A DNA stretch of 64,000 bases. It comes from Selaginella moellendorffii. Lineage: Eukaryota; Plantae; Lycopodiophyta. Where the stretch lies: assembly GCF_000143415.4 (NCBI RefSeq), contig NW_003314343.1:558813-622812 (forward strand), read 5' to 3'. A program made the translations under genes and the position numbers. A model generated the notes under the pieces. It ran no database searches. It was given only the letters and a program-made list of their open reading frames with translations, and was not told the DNA's origin. Numbering within the stretch: the first letter of the stretch is position 1; each line of letters opens with the position of its first letter. Below are positions 1 through 14,662 of this stretch, piece after piece.

Positions 1-2808
1 CCTTTGGGAGAGGCAATGACACCAAAAGCCCCATTGGTTTTTCGGCACCTTTGACAAACATTGTATATCTTGCAATACTTGAGAATATTATTTTTCATGT
101 TCTTCCAAAAGAATACACTTGATCAACTTGTAAGTCTTCTTCCCCCCAAAATGACTAGCCTTTTGGGCAGTTATGATAATAATAGAGGAGATGGTTAATT
201 AGTTTATCAACTCAGGGAAGATATACTTAGGCATTATATAAGAGTAAGCCATTCTGGCATGAGAAAGGTGGTTCCATATACACACTAAGCTCTTGTACTT
301 TGGATTCTTGCTATTGAACTTGCTTGAACATAATAGCAAATTCTATCACAACTTTTGTCAAACCATGACAAATCCTTTCTTGGAATTCTCCCACAAAAGT
401 AGAGCATATACAAGATAAAGCATTAGCCATGACATTCAAACGTCCAGCCTTGTGCTCAATCAAAACTTTGCCAAACTCCATGAGTTTGATCATCTATTGT
501 GCATGGCAAGAGTTAATCTCTTAAGTGAGTAGAAACACTAATGGTTTATAGTTCTTGAACACCATAAACACAGCACCAAATAAATAATGCTATCACACAT
601 ATAGTGCATTAATAATTCTTAAAAGCTCTTACCCATATGTAGTATAGTGCTACTCTCTTGGGTTTAATATCTTGCTCTCATATGCAATAAGATGATTGTG
701 TAAGCTCTTAAATTTGGACTTCCCGATAAGCCATCCAGCCCAGTACTATTTAAACCTAAGGATCCTTAATCCCAAATATCCCAAGACCCTTAACTGATTG
801 GATAAAAAATGTGCACTCTTGTTTATAGGCCCTTTTTCTTTATATTTGAACCTTATAGATCATTTCTCAAGTTGTTCTCTTTGGTTGTTTACAATCTATC
901 ACACTTCCTTGTAAGTTCATGCCTTCGTGAACGGAAGTTAAAAGTTGCAGCTCTCCCAAAAGCTTGACACCCTATCCTTCGGGTCAAGCTCAGCTAGAGC
1001 AAATTGGACCTACTAAATATCAATTAATATATAATGCAATTCCCTTAAGCTAAATCAATATGTGGTATGATTCCCCTAAATCAACTAACTAAAATCCTCT
1101 TTCACCCAACCTAATATTATTTAAACCCAAGAACACTTAACCCCAAATATCCCAAGACCGATTGGAAAAGGGGGTACATTCTTGTTTATGGGCCCTTCTC
1201 CTTTATATTTTAACCCCATGGATTATTTCTCAAGTCATTCTCTTTGGTTTCTTATAGATTTTTTTGTATAAAAATGACACCTACAGCATAGCCATTTGTA
1301 TCTACAACCATTGTATATAGTTTGTTTAGATCCGCAATATATAAAATCAGAGCATGAGTTAAAACATCCTTCAAAACTCGAAAGCTTTGGTCTTGCAAAG
1401 TCTCCCATTTAAAATGAGTGTTTTGATGAAGCAACTGAGTCAAGAGAAGAGTAATATTAGTACAATACTTGATAAACTTGTAATAACCAGCCATTCCTAA
1501 GGAACTCTTCAACTCAACAACATTTATTAGAGTTGGATATTCTTTCATGATAATAACCTTTTCTAGATCAATCTTAACTCCTTCAATAGAGATAATATAG
1601 CCTAGATACTTGCGTTTGGATTGTGTAAACTCGCATTTATTCCTCTTAGCATAAAGCTTATACTTGCATAACAACTCTAACATTTTGCACAAATGTTGTT
1701 TATGCTCGATCATATTCTTATTAAAGATAAGAATATTGTTAAGGAAGATCTTTATGAAGTCATATAAATACTCCCCAAACATGTGGATCATAAGCCTTAT
1801 AAAAGTTGTTGGTGCATTCATAAGTCCAAATAGGATCACTGTATATTCAAAATGCCCGAAATTTATAGAAAAAAGCTGACTATATGATATCTGTATCATT
1901 CAGAGGAATCTAATAATAACCACTTTGCAAATTAATCTTGGTAAAGACCTTGGTTTCACCAAGCCTATCCAAGATATTATCTACTTATGGCATTGGCATT
2001 ATCCTTGACTATCTTCTTATTTACAATATGATAATAAATACATATTTGCATTGAGTTATCTTTCTTCTTAACAAGCAAGAACAATGTTTTAAATAGTGAC
2101 TTGTTTGGCTGGATAAAGCAGCAACTCAGTCACTTGACTTTTGACTTTCACTTCTTCAGCAAGACTTAGCCAAAATGGTCATTGATAAATTGGCTTTATA
2201 CCTAGTTCTAGCATAATTTTGTGCTCAACTCCACATAAAGGGGTAAGCCACATGATAACTCAACTGGGAACATGTCCTTGGACTCCTCGAATTCCTCCAC
2301 CACTATTGATTCTCCACATAAAGGCTTTGAAGTATCTAATTCTAAGATATATATTAAATAGAGCTCATTCTCTTTATTGTGTATTCTCTTCAAAGATATT
2401 GCTAACATCAACTTAGTCAAGCTTGGAACATCCCTTCAAAACCAAGTATCATATATACCACCATACTCAAGCTTCACACCTCGAAGGCTCCATTTGATCT
2501 CAAGATCAACACGCATGTCCCATGACATGCCAAGGATCATGTGCACATCATAAATCTGCAAAAAAGATATCTTTAACTATGGTGATCTTGTCAACTTTCA
2601 TTGATAAGTCACACACTGCACCATCCCACTGTTGATTCTCAATAGAAATTCTATAAAGAATCACTTTAGTCACTGGTAACTTGTATTCCTTGACAAACAT
2701 TGCTAAGACAAAATTGTCGGAATTGTTGCTATCTAGCAGAATGTCCATTGGATGATCTCCCAACAATCCCTCCACTTGAATCATATGGGATTCCAAAGCC
2801 AAGTCCAT
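1..2808 (-). mobile_element. Degenerate Ty3/Gypsy pol fragment (protease-RT-RNaseH, integrase side toward position 1)
   Basis: Minus-strand ORF pieces in Gypsy order: 2548-2808 protease-like (ILLDSNNSDNF); 1252-1899 RT/RNaseH (FEYTVILFGLMNAPTTF, KCEF..YLGYIIS, FLGMAGYY-like, VDTNGYAVG); 311-493 (IEHKAGRLNVMANALS). Many stops, and interrupted by a TRIM at 699-1255. Confidence 0.85.
699..1255 (-). mobile_element. Cassandra-type TRIM (5S-rRNA-like LTR), degenerate
   Basis: LTR 699-893 plus a partial second LTR at ~1095-1255. Minus strand reads ttaaggatccttaggtttaaatagtactgggctggatggcttatcgggaagtcc, similar to the 5S rRNA box A-IE-box C region. Confidence 0.7.
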
Positions 2809-2809
2809 A

Positions 2810-3548
2810 TGTTACAAATGTGATTGTGGGTATCAAAAATTATCCATTGACAAATCCTTTTGAATATTCTTTCCTTATTACTATGACGGCAAGAAGGTAT
2901 TGCTAGACCCTTTATCAGTCTCTACCTAAGTTAGTTGAAAAACTGGCTATCATATGTACACTTAGATTAAAAGGGCACTAAAGAAGGAAATCCTAAATTA
3001 TTATTAGTTAAGCATATTTGTTATGATGATTAGAAACTCATATTGTTAGTTTACACTTATTAATGTTGAGAACCTCTGTGATATTGAGCTTGGTCCTTTA
3101 ATACTCATTAGATGATATTTTACTGTGTCTGCCAAGTCACTTTTACTATCATTCCCCCATGTGTTAATTTTATTCGGTCTCATTGGGTATTTATAGAAAA
3201 TGTCTAGATTTGTTAGTGAGGCATATTTATAGAATGTAAAGATTGTCTTGAACATGATGATGTTGTTCCTATAACGAAATTCACAATCTAGCACAATTTT
3301 ATATTTAATACATTTTCGAAAGACTAACTCCTAAAAGCTTAAAGCATGCATTTCTCTAAAAGGGATGTGGGGGGTTTTAAATATATAGTAAGGGGCATAG
3401 CTAATTAATCTAAAGTATAATCTAGCTCTCTACTAGTGTGCCTATTCTTATTTTACATCAAGTTTGGTCCAAGCCCAAACTCCATATTATATTAGCTAAT
3501 GAAATATTTATATCCTCATGTTAGGCCACTGATATATTGAAATAGTGT
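2810..3548 (+). mobile_element. Diverged partial LTR of the ~1.14-kb LTR family
   Basis: Starts tgttacaaatgtga and is reverse-complement-similar to 11200-11973 and directly similar to 53764-54510. Confidence 0.7.
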
Positions 3549-4648
3549 TAGGAGATGGTTTAGAGCTTTGAGTGAGATTCCTTAAAATATTCCACTATCA
3601 GAATATTCTAGGAGCATAGGAGATGCTAAAGCACATTGGTATATTCCTCTTCTTCCCCATTTTCTAAGGCAAAGAGTTCACACAAGAGATATATTTTAAG
3701 TAGGACTTTAGAGTATGAAAGAGTGTTCTCCCCACCATTAAAAGGCTACTCTCTCAACATCTGGCAACTCTATTAGGGAGGATTGCTTTATAGCTAATCC
3801 TCCTCTTGTTTTTTGGTTTTTCATGGGGTTTTGGAGTAAATTCTTGAGAAATCTAAATTGTGGTGATAGTGTGGATGCTGGAGAGATCTTAAAAGCAAGG
3901 AGGAATGTGCTTAATATAACATTCTAGGCACTATACTCAAATCCTAAAGATTTCTTGAGTTTCCTTTCTTCTTGAATAAGATATATAGGTTTTCTTCTCT
4001 TTGCAGCTTATTGGGGAATCAATTTGAGAAATGGTGATTATGGGTTTATAGATCTCATTGAGATAAGTAGTTTAGCATCAAGAATTCCTGAATTTGATGC
4101 AAGAATAAATATATACAACTTCTATTTCTTCATAGTGCGCACAATAGTAACTTTGGGAACTTGACTTGAGCTAAATACACCACCATTTCAATATTTCTTA
4201 GGCTTTTTTAATAAATCTACTTATGAACTTTATTTAGAGGGTTTATATATAAAATTAAAGTTAATTTAGAGTGATTTAGATTAATGTTTTTCTCATGCTT
4301 GTTTATTTCAAGTATGAGGAAGGTTTCTAAGCTTCTCACTATTTCTAGGGAGGAAATTTTTAATATTTTTCTACATGGAGGTATAGAGGAGGTGGAGAGC
4401 TTTTTTTTTAGCCCAAAAAAGTGATTTTAGGAGCTCTATTATAGCACATATATTTTTCATCTTTTACCCATGGTGATTTATCATAGGGTAACTATAGAGC
4501 AAAACTAAACCCTTGGACACATGGAAAAAAGGCAACAGAGTAAAACCCATTTTAAGGTTTTAGGCCACTAAATGAAGGTATAAAGCCAAACTACCAAGCA
4601 TAAATAAGGACTATAAAGCACAAAACAACTCTTAAGTGTATAACTTAA

Positions 4649-7600
4649 TGTAGCGTACGTGGTTTTGACCCTTTATCCTATGGTGATTTACCATAGGATA
4701 ACACCACGGAGCGGAACCTAAACCCTCTTTGTGCCACGTGACAGATGCCACGTGTCACATGCCACGTGTCCACACGAACCCGAGGTTCAGGGCCTTGGGC
4801 CACTGAACGAAGGAACGGTGCCAAACTCCCAAGCATGGAGCCGAGGAGTGACAGAACCGCACCACGGAGCAATTCCCGAGCATGAAGCCCAAGGAGCGAA
4901 GGGACAGGAGCNNNNNNNNNNNNNNNNNNNNNNNNNNNNNNNNNNNNNNNNNNNNNNNNNNNNNNNNNNNNNNNNNNNNNNNNNNNNNNNNNNNNNNNNN
5001 NNNNNNNNNNNGGGTTTCAAAAGGGGCCCAAAGGGGTTTTGGCGTTTTTTGGGAATTCGGGGGGCCTAAGGGGGGGATTGGGGTTTTCCCCCCATTCCAA
5101 GGGAAAGAAATTGGGGTTTAGATTCAACCCGGGCGAAAAAAAAGAAAAGGCCCCCAAGGGGGAGTTAAATTTTCCCCCGGGTTGGTGGGCAATGCCCAAC
5201 TTACCCCTTTTCCTTTTTAAAAATTGGGAAACCCCAAAAGGCCCCCCCCCCCCCCCCCCCCCCCTTGAGGAACACACGCTTTGGGCTTTCACCCCAAGCT
5301 TCCCTTAGTATCAGGAGTTAGTCTCTAGGACAAGTTCGAAACTTACTAAATATGGAATGTCCCTAGATTGCGAATTTGGACACGGGACGAACACCATTGT
5401 GTTCAAGATAATCTCTACATTCCGTAGATACGCCAAATGAGCAAATCTGGACACTTTCCATAAATAGCATTTGGGACCGAATTGAGACTAATGCTAAGGG
5501 CATGATAGCGAGGGTGTTTGGCAGACACGGTAAGCTATCATGTAGCGATATTGAGGGACCAATCTCAATACGCGAGGGTTCTTGTCAAGTCAGTGCAAGA
5601 CAGAGCAAAAGAGAACTAACAAGCCGGGCCAAGTATGCTCAGCTAAATAAACACTTAGGAATTCCTTCCTTATGCTCATCCGGCCAAGTACAGATGCAAA
5701 GTCCAGTTTACTAACACTTGAACAAGAGGGGCCGATAAAGGGAACCAGCAATACCGACCTCCTACCATCATGGCAGTAAGGTAAGAGTGTCCGTAAGGAC
5801 TAGTCGACAGGTAGCTTTCGATACCCGAAGTCACATGCGCGACACTCTCCCCCCCTAGGGAAGATCGACGTCCTCGTCGATGCATACTCGAGTCTAGAAT
5901 ACTGCCAAGGAAACAACTCCAGAAAAAGTTCACGGTATTCACACTATGTGAGAAATGCACCAACTTAAATGAGTTAGGAGGCAACCTCTTTGTCTTACGC
6001 GGATGCGCTACCAGCTCAGACACCTTCCGGCCGTCGCCGACAAGGAAATGACCAATGGAGTCAGCCACCCTTGCTGCTCTGGGAGTCACCCAGCTTACAA
6101 AAGTGTGATATGCCTCTGCCCGCAGGAACATAGAGAGAGAAGCCAGAGGCCCCAACCCTACTAAACAAAGAAACCAAACCCGTCGGTAAGGTTTAGATAG
6201 ACTACTGTAAACAGGCAGTTAGAGTTGTTTACACGGTCACGCCCTTTTTAATGGAATAAGGAACATCGACAGAGAGGTGGGTGATGTGACCAGTCGACAG
6301 TAGCTACCCCATGACTAGAGATTTCAACATGCACACGAAGTGCCGAAGCCAATCTGCCTATACTGACCCAAGTTCAAAGATCAATAGATGGACAATATCA
6401 AAGTCAAAGACAATGATATCTTAGAGTTTTAATTATCAGTGAATAAAGCTTAGATTAGAACACAAAAGTATTCCAAGTAAGTTATTATCCGATAAACTAG
6501 TATTATAGTATAGGAACCACCAAGATCACTATCATGGGAAAACATAGGATGCACCAGCCAACAAAATTCAATAGCAAGTATTTCATTAAGTAAACTCAAT
6601 GATGAAACTTAACTACCGAAGAGGGCAGATAGTATGCCAAACAACTTACCAAAGATAACTCAAAGAACACAAAGTATCATTAACGGACAAGCACAAAGCT
6701 CGCGAATGTATCCCCCAAAAGAAATAACATCTTAACCTATCAGAACTAACTCAAGCAATAATTAACAGAACAAAATGAATTGCGGTAAGACCAACAAACA
6801 CTCATTCATGTCAACTATCACACTAGCCAATCTGAATAGATCCCGATCAACAATACCAAGGAATTCAAGTTGCCTAAGCAAGTGTCAGCAACATCCTATT
6901 GATATCTCAAACCCAAGAGACTAATCCAGAGCAAACCATAAAGAACATGTGGTATTGCGAAAAGCCAAAAGATATCAAAGAGAACAACTAACCATCATGA
7001 AAGATCATCAATCATCCTATCAAGAAAGAGATGCATAATCATAGTTGAAGAAAGAATCTACCATCCCGAAGAATAGCAACTCAATCTATATCAACAATAA
7101 TCAAGCAAAACTCTTTGATAAGGATAATCAATTATCCTAGATGATAGTTAATCATCACCAATGATTGCTAGATGCAAAGACTAACTTCAACATTGAAGCT
7201 AATGAGCCATAATGCCTTCTCCCAACAACTCCTAACAAATAGAACAATGAGCATGAAAACTCAAAGAACCACAAGCTTGAAGAAGTCTATAGCTAAGTCT
7301 TGCTTAACAATGATCACGAGTCTCGCATGAACTAACTTCAATGCTAAAGAAGAAATCATGGTACAACCCACAATATCCTCCTCAACACATCCATAAGCTA
7401 AACTTCTTAGTGCAAAGCTAATGAAGAGCGTGTCTACATCAATCCAAAAGCTAAGCATAACAAAGCTATGCTCAACAAGTGATCACCAAACGATCCTCCA
7501 TGAATTCATCTTTAGCAAGACGTAACTCACTTCATAACAAGCACAAGAAGAACCATCAATGATCGATATATTCCAACTCAAATCCAATAAGGATTTAAAC

Positions 7601-10600
7601 ATTCCTATATCAATCACTAACTCTTCTGCTTGTAGAGTTAGCATCGTCCACGACTGAATCACTTTTCAACGAAAAGCCAAAACTTAACCCTTACTAAATA
7701 ATCTCATCTAGAACACAACTAACTCAAACTTGCCACTCAGTTCATTTGAACGTCAACACAGTTGCTAACTAGCAAATGTACGAATACCAATAACACAAAG
7801 CCATAGCCAAATCATCAACACTATCTTCATTAAGACTAATGACACTCGACATCAATCTTGCGGAGAGACATCGCATTTCACTGAAATCTCAACATCAACA
7901 ATGTCAACGACAAGGCATCACCTTAGTGCCACCAACACTAGAACAAAGCTAGAAGAAAGCACGAGTGTATCACCACTCAAAGCTCTTTGGCAACCAAGCT
8001 AACCAAGGTCGAAGATACTTTAGTTAGTATCCGAGACTAGTTCTTCAGCATTACTCAGGTACAGATAACACTTCCTCAAGGAGTGCATCACCACGTCCAA
8101 GACTCAATGAAATCCAACACTATGAACTAAACGCAACCAAATGATATCGATAGAGGTAGAGTTGATATGTCAACATGGAAAACCCATGTAAGTCTAACAA
8201 CACGATCCTCTGCAACACCATCCGGTAAAGCAAGCCCATCACTGCTAAATCATCATCGAGCGAAGCAAGTGTCAACAGTCCTCGACGAAGTCTACAAGCA
8301 ATCACTAGTCGCAAAGCAACTAACAACCACTCTTTAACTTGTCTCCACAAGACCCAAACACTAAACTCATGCCATTGAGTCATACACTTGTCCAACATGA
8401 ACGTAATACCCCAGGTACGAGATAAAAGTTTATTGACAAGCACAAACTAAATGACCACTTGAATCCAACTCAACCACAATAAGCTCACTAATACATTTAG
8501 CCAACGGCTCTGAGCATGCCTTGAAGAGGTTAGCTATGCATGATCAACACTTAGTCGAAACTAAAGTGAAGACCATGAGATGGATCCATATCGGTACACA
8601 ACCTCCACTTAGACAAAGCTATAGTACAGGTACCAACATCTCAACTGCAAACAACTAAGTTGGACATCACTATCCTTAGCCAAGGCGCAAAGCCACCAAG
8701 ACCAAGTCAAGATCAATGAGAGTTCACTACTCTCGTAGAGTCTAACGAAAATGCAAAGTGCAACCTGCCACCAAGCATAACGCTACAAAAGAAAGGCACA
8801 AGGGTCACCTTTCTAGAAAAGTGCAACGGCCACTTTTCTACACTAACTCCAGACTTTATCCAACTCAATTGCAATAGCCCCAAAAGTCAGCATCCCTTTC
8901 GGGCCGCATCATACAAACTACATACTAAGGCCTAAGCTAACCGAAGTCAACTCCAACCCCTTCACTAGTTTGTATTGGCTTTCGAAAACGGAATGGTTTT
9001 CGAGCAAAGTGATAATAGATCAGCCATTGGAAAAGTCTAAGAAAGTTTGTGGAAAATCTTTCCATTCTAGAGAAAGAATGACTCTCAATCTAGAAATGCA
9101 AACTTTCAAGACTCAACCAATTTCCTCCTACCAACAACTTCACATAGTTCACCTCAACACAAATTCTCATGATCCATAATATGCTTAAGCCTCGAACATC
9201 TTTTTGCCCATTCTTTTGACATCTAACACCGACATCCGCAAAATGCAAATGGAACATCCAAGGCTTGATCACGAAGACCACATCTTTGGATATCCACATT
9301 GCACTAACACTTTTCTTCAACCACCTTCAAGATCCAATGTGAAGCTAAAACACTAACAAGAAAAATGACATGAAAATCAAGCTCTAAGGAAACTTCCTCA
9401 TCACTTAAAATAACAATGCCACTTCCACTAACATAAGTGCTAGTAATGTCAATGCCTCAACCTCACACCTTCTCTATTCAACAATCTACTCCAAGTGCTA
9501 ACGGATCAACCGATGAGCTATAGCAAATGAATGTTACAACCCTTTTTCCAACACCTTATGGGCAAACCCTCAAGGAACAACGTACCAACTTAAGCTTAGC
9601 ATAATGGACCACTATCGAGAATCCCGTCAAAGCTACTACAATGCTACTTCTTGCAAGTAGACTAGCTTCACTATCAACCACTTTGGGGTTGATCATCATT
9701 TAACCAAGCAACTTCGTAAACACATTGCTCATTATCATATGGATATAATATGAAATCACAATGATTTGATCATCAATCAAGCAACACTATGAGCAATGCT
9801 CATGTCATTACTTCAAAGGTTTATGTGAGTATCAAGTGCCAACTCGACTCAACAAAATGTAACATAAATGCTACACTCCACTAATAGAGACTTACAACAC
9901 TGAACACCATTAACTTTTGTTCACAACATGGACAAACTCATGCCACTCTCTTTTCGACCAAACTCAACACTAATCCAACACCAAGCTACTCAAGGAGTAA
10001 TAGCAAGGTTCCTCGGAAAAAAATTGAGCATTGCAACCCCAGTCTTCCATAGCAAGCCTAGACAAAATGGTATAATGTTTCACCGCTATCCATCCCACAA
10101 CTCACCATTTGTAAGACCACCATCTCCAACATGCATCAAGATAGGGACTCTTAATTGCATAATGTGAACACGAGCAATAAGTTAACACCTTGTTGCAAAT
10201 CATCTTTCCAAGAAGAGAAGATGATTTACGTGTTTGGTCCTTCGTCCCCGATAACTCTCTTTTCGGTCTCATCTTTTGACCAAACCTCAAACTTACTTTC
10301 GCACTGCCTTCAGTTCAATCCAAGAAAAGTTTATGAGAGAGCATGGCAATGACTACTTGAACCAATAGACTAATCCCTATAGTCTTGATTGATCCACCTG
10401 TAATCATGCCTAGGAAGGATCCACTAGTGCTGCACTAAACAGCTACGGACCAGCCTATTCACCACTCATAGCAAACTCAGGGGAGGTTTGCTTTTACCCA
10501 CGGTACATGGAACAACTCATGGAACCACCGATAGGCTAACATTAATCCTGCCAACTCAAAGCATATCCTCGAGTTGCTAATGCGCCTCACTCACAAGTCC

Positions 10601-11973
10601 AAGCTCAAACTCGTATGAATGGAATACTCAATCCCTCTTGTGAGCCCAAGCTCAAGCTCACATCATAAAGTACAATAAGGTAACCAAGATCCATACCCAA
10701 GGAACGATTGCGAAGCCTCTTGCACCAAACGTGTACCCACTCGGATCATCGTTTTCATCTCTGTGTATGCAACGAGACTAGTTGCCTAATCTCATTGAAT
10801 AGTACTCGCTGAGACTCATCCTCTGATACCAAATGTAGCGCACGTGGTTTTGACCCTTTATCCTATGGTGATTTACCATAGGATAACACCACGGAGCGGA
10901 ACCTAAACCCTCTTTGTGCCACGTGACAAATGCCACGTGTCCAAGCCACGTGTCCACAGGAACCCGAGGTTCAGGGCCTTGGGCCACTGAACGAAGGAAC
11001 GGTGCCAAACTCCCAAGCATGGAGCCGAGGAGTGACAGAACCGAACCACGGAGCAATTCCCGAGCATGAAGCCTAAGGAGCGAAGGGACAGGAGCCCGAA
11101 GCGACTTGGAACAGTCCTGGAGCAGCCAACATCCCAATGCCAGGACCAACATGCAAAACGGAGCCAAACGGAGTTTAACGCTATTTCGGCATACCGGTGG
11201 CCTAACGTGAGGATATGGGTACTCCACCAACTAGCATGGAATGGAACTTGGGCTTAGACCCAAGCCGGACGTAGAACAAGGACAGGCACGCAAGCGGGAG
11301 CTAGACTATGCCTCAGGTTGGTCGGCCATGCCCGACCTACCCACTATCCCTACTATACATTTGGAACCCCCCAAAGCCCCCCCCCCCCCCCCCTTGAGGA
11401 ACACACGCTTTGGGCTTTCACCCCAAGCTTCCCTTAGTATCAGGAGTTAGTCTCTGGGACAAGTTCGAAACTTACTAAATATGGAATGTCCCTAGATTGC
11501 GAATTTGGACACGGGACGAACACCATTGTGTTCAAGACAATCTCTACATTCCGTAAATACGCCAAATGAGCAAATCTGGACACTTTCCATAAATAGCATT
11601 TGGGACCGAATTGAGACTAACGCTAAGGGCATGATAGCGAGGGTGTTTGGCAGACACGGTAAGCTATCATGTAGCGATATTGAGGGACCAATTTCAATAC
11701 GCGAGGGTTCTTGTCAAGCCAGTGCAAGACAGAGCAAAAGAGAACTAACAAGCCGGGCCAAGTATGCTCAGCTAAATAAACACTTAGGAATTCCTTCCTT
11801 ATGCTCATCCGGCCAAGTACAGATGCAAAGTCCAGTTTACTCACACTTGAACAAGAGGGGCCGATAAAGGGAACCAGCAATACCGACCTCCTGCCATCGT
11901 GGCAGTAAGGTAAGAGTGTCCGTAAGGACTAGTTGACAGGTAGCTTTCGATACCCGAAGTCACATGCGCGACA
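4649..11973 (-). mobile_element. Full-length non-coding LTR retroelement (LARD-like, probably Gypsy-derived)
   Basis: Near-identical TG...CA LTRs at 4649-5844 (with assembly gap) and 10834-11973. PBS for tRNA-iMet (tggtatcagagg on -) at 10820-10831; PPT (agggggggagag on -) at 5845-5856; TSD cttaa/cctaa. The ~5-kb interior has no recognisable gag/pol ORF. Confidence 0.9.
4912..5011. other. Assembly gap (100 N)
   Basis: N run. The flanking 5012-5265 is a homopolymer-inflated, low-quality version of the LTR. Confidence 0.99.
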
Positions 11974-11979
11974 CCTAAT

Positions 11980-12570
11980 ATAAGCAACTAAAGAGGACAA
12001 CTTAAAAGACAATCCATTAGGGTTGAAGTATAGAAGGAAAAGGCCCATGAAAAAGAGTGCACCCCGTTTTCCAATTAGTTGAGGGTTTTGAGATATTTAA
12101 GGTTAAACACCCTTGGGTTTGAATAATATTAAGTTGGGTGATTTTTTGGGAATTTAAATTTAAGAGCTTATATTTTGGTAGCAGAGAGGTCTTGGATCTG
12201 ACTCTATTGGTTGGCTTAAGGGCTTAGGGGAATCACACCACATGTTAAGATTGACATCTGGCAAGTTTAGTTTGTCTTTAGTTAGGCTCGATCCGAGGGG
12301 TAGAGTGTCAAGAGAGTGGGGCTCTCAAGAGAATTATGGCTCTCAACTTCCATTCACGAAGGTGTAAACTTGCAAGGAAGTGTGGTAGATTGTAAATAAC
12401 TATAAAGAACAACTTGATAAACGAGGATTCAAGTATAAATGGATTATAAAAAAAAGTGCACCCCCTTTTTTAATTGGTTAACGGTCTTGGGATATTTAAG
12501 GTTAAGTGTCTTTAAGTTTAAATAGTATTGGGTTAAGTGACCTCCCAAGAAATTTAAATCCAAAAGCTTA
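11980..12570 (+). mobile_element. Cassandra-type TRIM
   Basis: LTR1 ~11980-12171, PBS-like tggtagcagag ~12176, ~200-bp interior ending in a purine-rich tract, LTR2 12391-12570 containing 5S-like ggttaagtgtc...tagtattgggttaagtgacctcccaagaaa. Confidence 0.75.
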
Positions 12571-14529
12571 AACTCAAGGAGTGAAAGAACAAGAGCATGG
12601 AGAGACTCTTCAACATACAACCTAAGGAACAAAAGGATAAGAGCACAGAGTGACTCCTGAGCGTACAACCCAAAGAGTAAAGGGACATGAGTATAGAGTG
12701 ATATTTAGACTTCCTAGAGCTTACACCCGAGGAGTGAAAGGACAAAAGCATAAAGCAACACTGAAATAGTCTTAGAGCTTCTAGCATCTTAATGCCAAAA
12801 CCAACATGCAAAATGGAGCTAAATTGAGTCTAATGTTATTTTAGCATATTAGTGGTCTAATACGAAGATATGCGTACTCACCATTTAGTGGGGAAAATAT
12901 AATATCAATCTTATATTTCTTATCCTCTATTTTTTGGTAAGAGGTTGAGAATAAAATTTCTTTCTCTTCAATATTATCATTAAGAAATAGTGGTACTTAC
13001 ATTCACTATGACTTTGCCCTCACTAAAATCTTCTCCATGTGGAATGAACACGTCAACATGTTTTGTTAGCACACTAAAATAGAAAGTGTTGTTGTATCTT
13101 GGACTTTACACAATAACTTTAGGTTATGGAGGATATTAGCCTTGCATCTCATCATTTGGAGGCAATTAATTTGATAAGGAGGATCCTCTTAAACAAAAGT
13201 AGACCAACACCTTCTTCACATGTCCATGATAGTTGGAATGATTATTTTAGCTACCCTTATTATTAACTATTATAATGGTGTGAGTTGGAGTTGAAGATTC
13301 ACTTTATCTACAGTTGCTGAGGCAATATTAACTATAATTTTCTGGATTTGCACTATTGGGATAAAAAAACTCCTTTAACCAAAGTAGTCTAGGTATTGTT
13401 GCTATGTGTTTGAAATTGCATGTGAAGTTCCCTCAAGTAGCTCTCAAGTTTATAAGGTTGACTTTGTTGTTTTGGCTATATATGGAACTTGTAAAATCCA
13501 GCATACTCCTAATTTCAGGTATTATCCAAAGTTTTTTTTTCTTTTTTTCATTACAGTTTTTTTGTTTTTTGCCGCGCATTAGTTGATTGATAGTAGAAGA
13601 AATCCAGCTGGCTAATGTAGGCACCTCAAACGGTCCTACCAAAGAATATTGTGCTATCTAGTAGAAGATGCTCAAAAGAGGAGTTGAATTTCTTCTTGCC
13701 ACAAACTTCAACCTAAAGATCTTCACAACAGTGGCACAGACCATTGCAACTATTACAACTACCTTGCCAATTCCCATTCAGTGCAAGTTGGAGATTCTAC
13801 ACTCATTGCATATTGGCTTATGGGCTGCTGTAACTAGAAGCCATTCATATGCAGGGCTGTAGATCATGACAATTAGTGTGCAAAATGTTGATAGAAATGC
13901 TGGTGGTATTGAAGCTACCTATTAGCATGTTCATATTAGTGCTTTGCTCAAAAACATATTGCTCACTTCTATGTACAATGCTGAGAATATGATCATTGTT
14001 GACCAAATAGGGAGGAGTAGCATCATACATTTCACGTCTTGAACTTGCATTACTATATAAAGCCACCATGAAATATTATTGCTAATATCATCGTGGGTAT
14101 CGAGTTTCACTACTGTCTAACCAAGAAATCTAGGAAGGAAAAACAATATTAAATTATAGTCGATTATATGTTTAAAGTCTTAGAAGCATAAACTATTTGA
14201 ACTAGAGGTAAGTGGCATTTTTCTGCTTGGTGTCTTTTTTAAAATTTGTTTTGTGATGTTGGAGTGGCTGGCTAGCATAGCACAGCTGGCTAGAGGGATG
14301 AAGGCTGGAGTGGCAATTGTTTTTTTCTTGCATTTTCATATTCCTTGGACTGTAGTTTCTTTATTAAATTTTTTATGAAAAGCTTAAAAAAGGGGGAACT
14401 AAGATATTCCCTATACAAAATAAAGTATAAAGAAAAAGTTTATGGATGAATACTATTTTTATAAATTCAGAAAAGCATAAGGTTTAAGTGAACTTATAAA
14501 AGGATAATATATAAGATAATATAACTTAG

Positions 14530-14629
14530 NNNNNNNNNNNNNNNNNNNNNNNNNNNNNNNNNNNNNNNNNNNNNNNNNNNNNNNNNNNNNNNNNNNNNNN
14601 NNNNNNNNNNNNNNNNNNNNNNNNNNNNN
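14530..14629. other. Assembly gap (100 N)
   Basis: N run. Confidence 0.99.
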
Positions 14630-14662
14630 ACCACCCTCTTTCCAATTTGATCCTACATATGT

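Noticed and set aside
699-760. Functional 5S rRNA genes
   Set aside because: Only a ~55-nt degenerate internal segment embedded in TRIM LTRs.
5012-5265. Odd G/C/A-run-rich sequence and its ORFs
   Set aside because: It is a homopolymer-distorted low-quality read of the LTR (compare 11140-11395) next to an N gap, so an artefact.
5502-11880. Recurring short ORFs (MIARVFGRHGK..., MELGLRPKP...)
   Set aside because: They recur only because they lie in LTR copies, and show no protein-family motifs.
13000-14500. Cys-containing minus-strand remnant that might be a TE gene
   Set aside because: Too many stops and no assignable motif.
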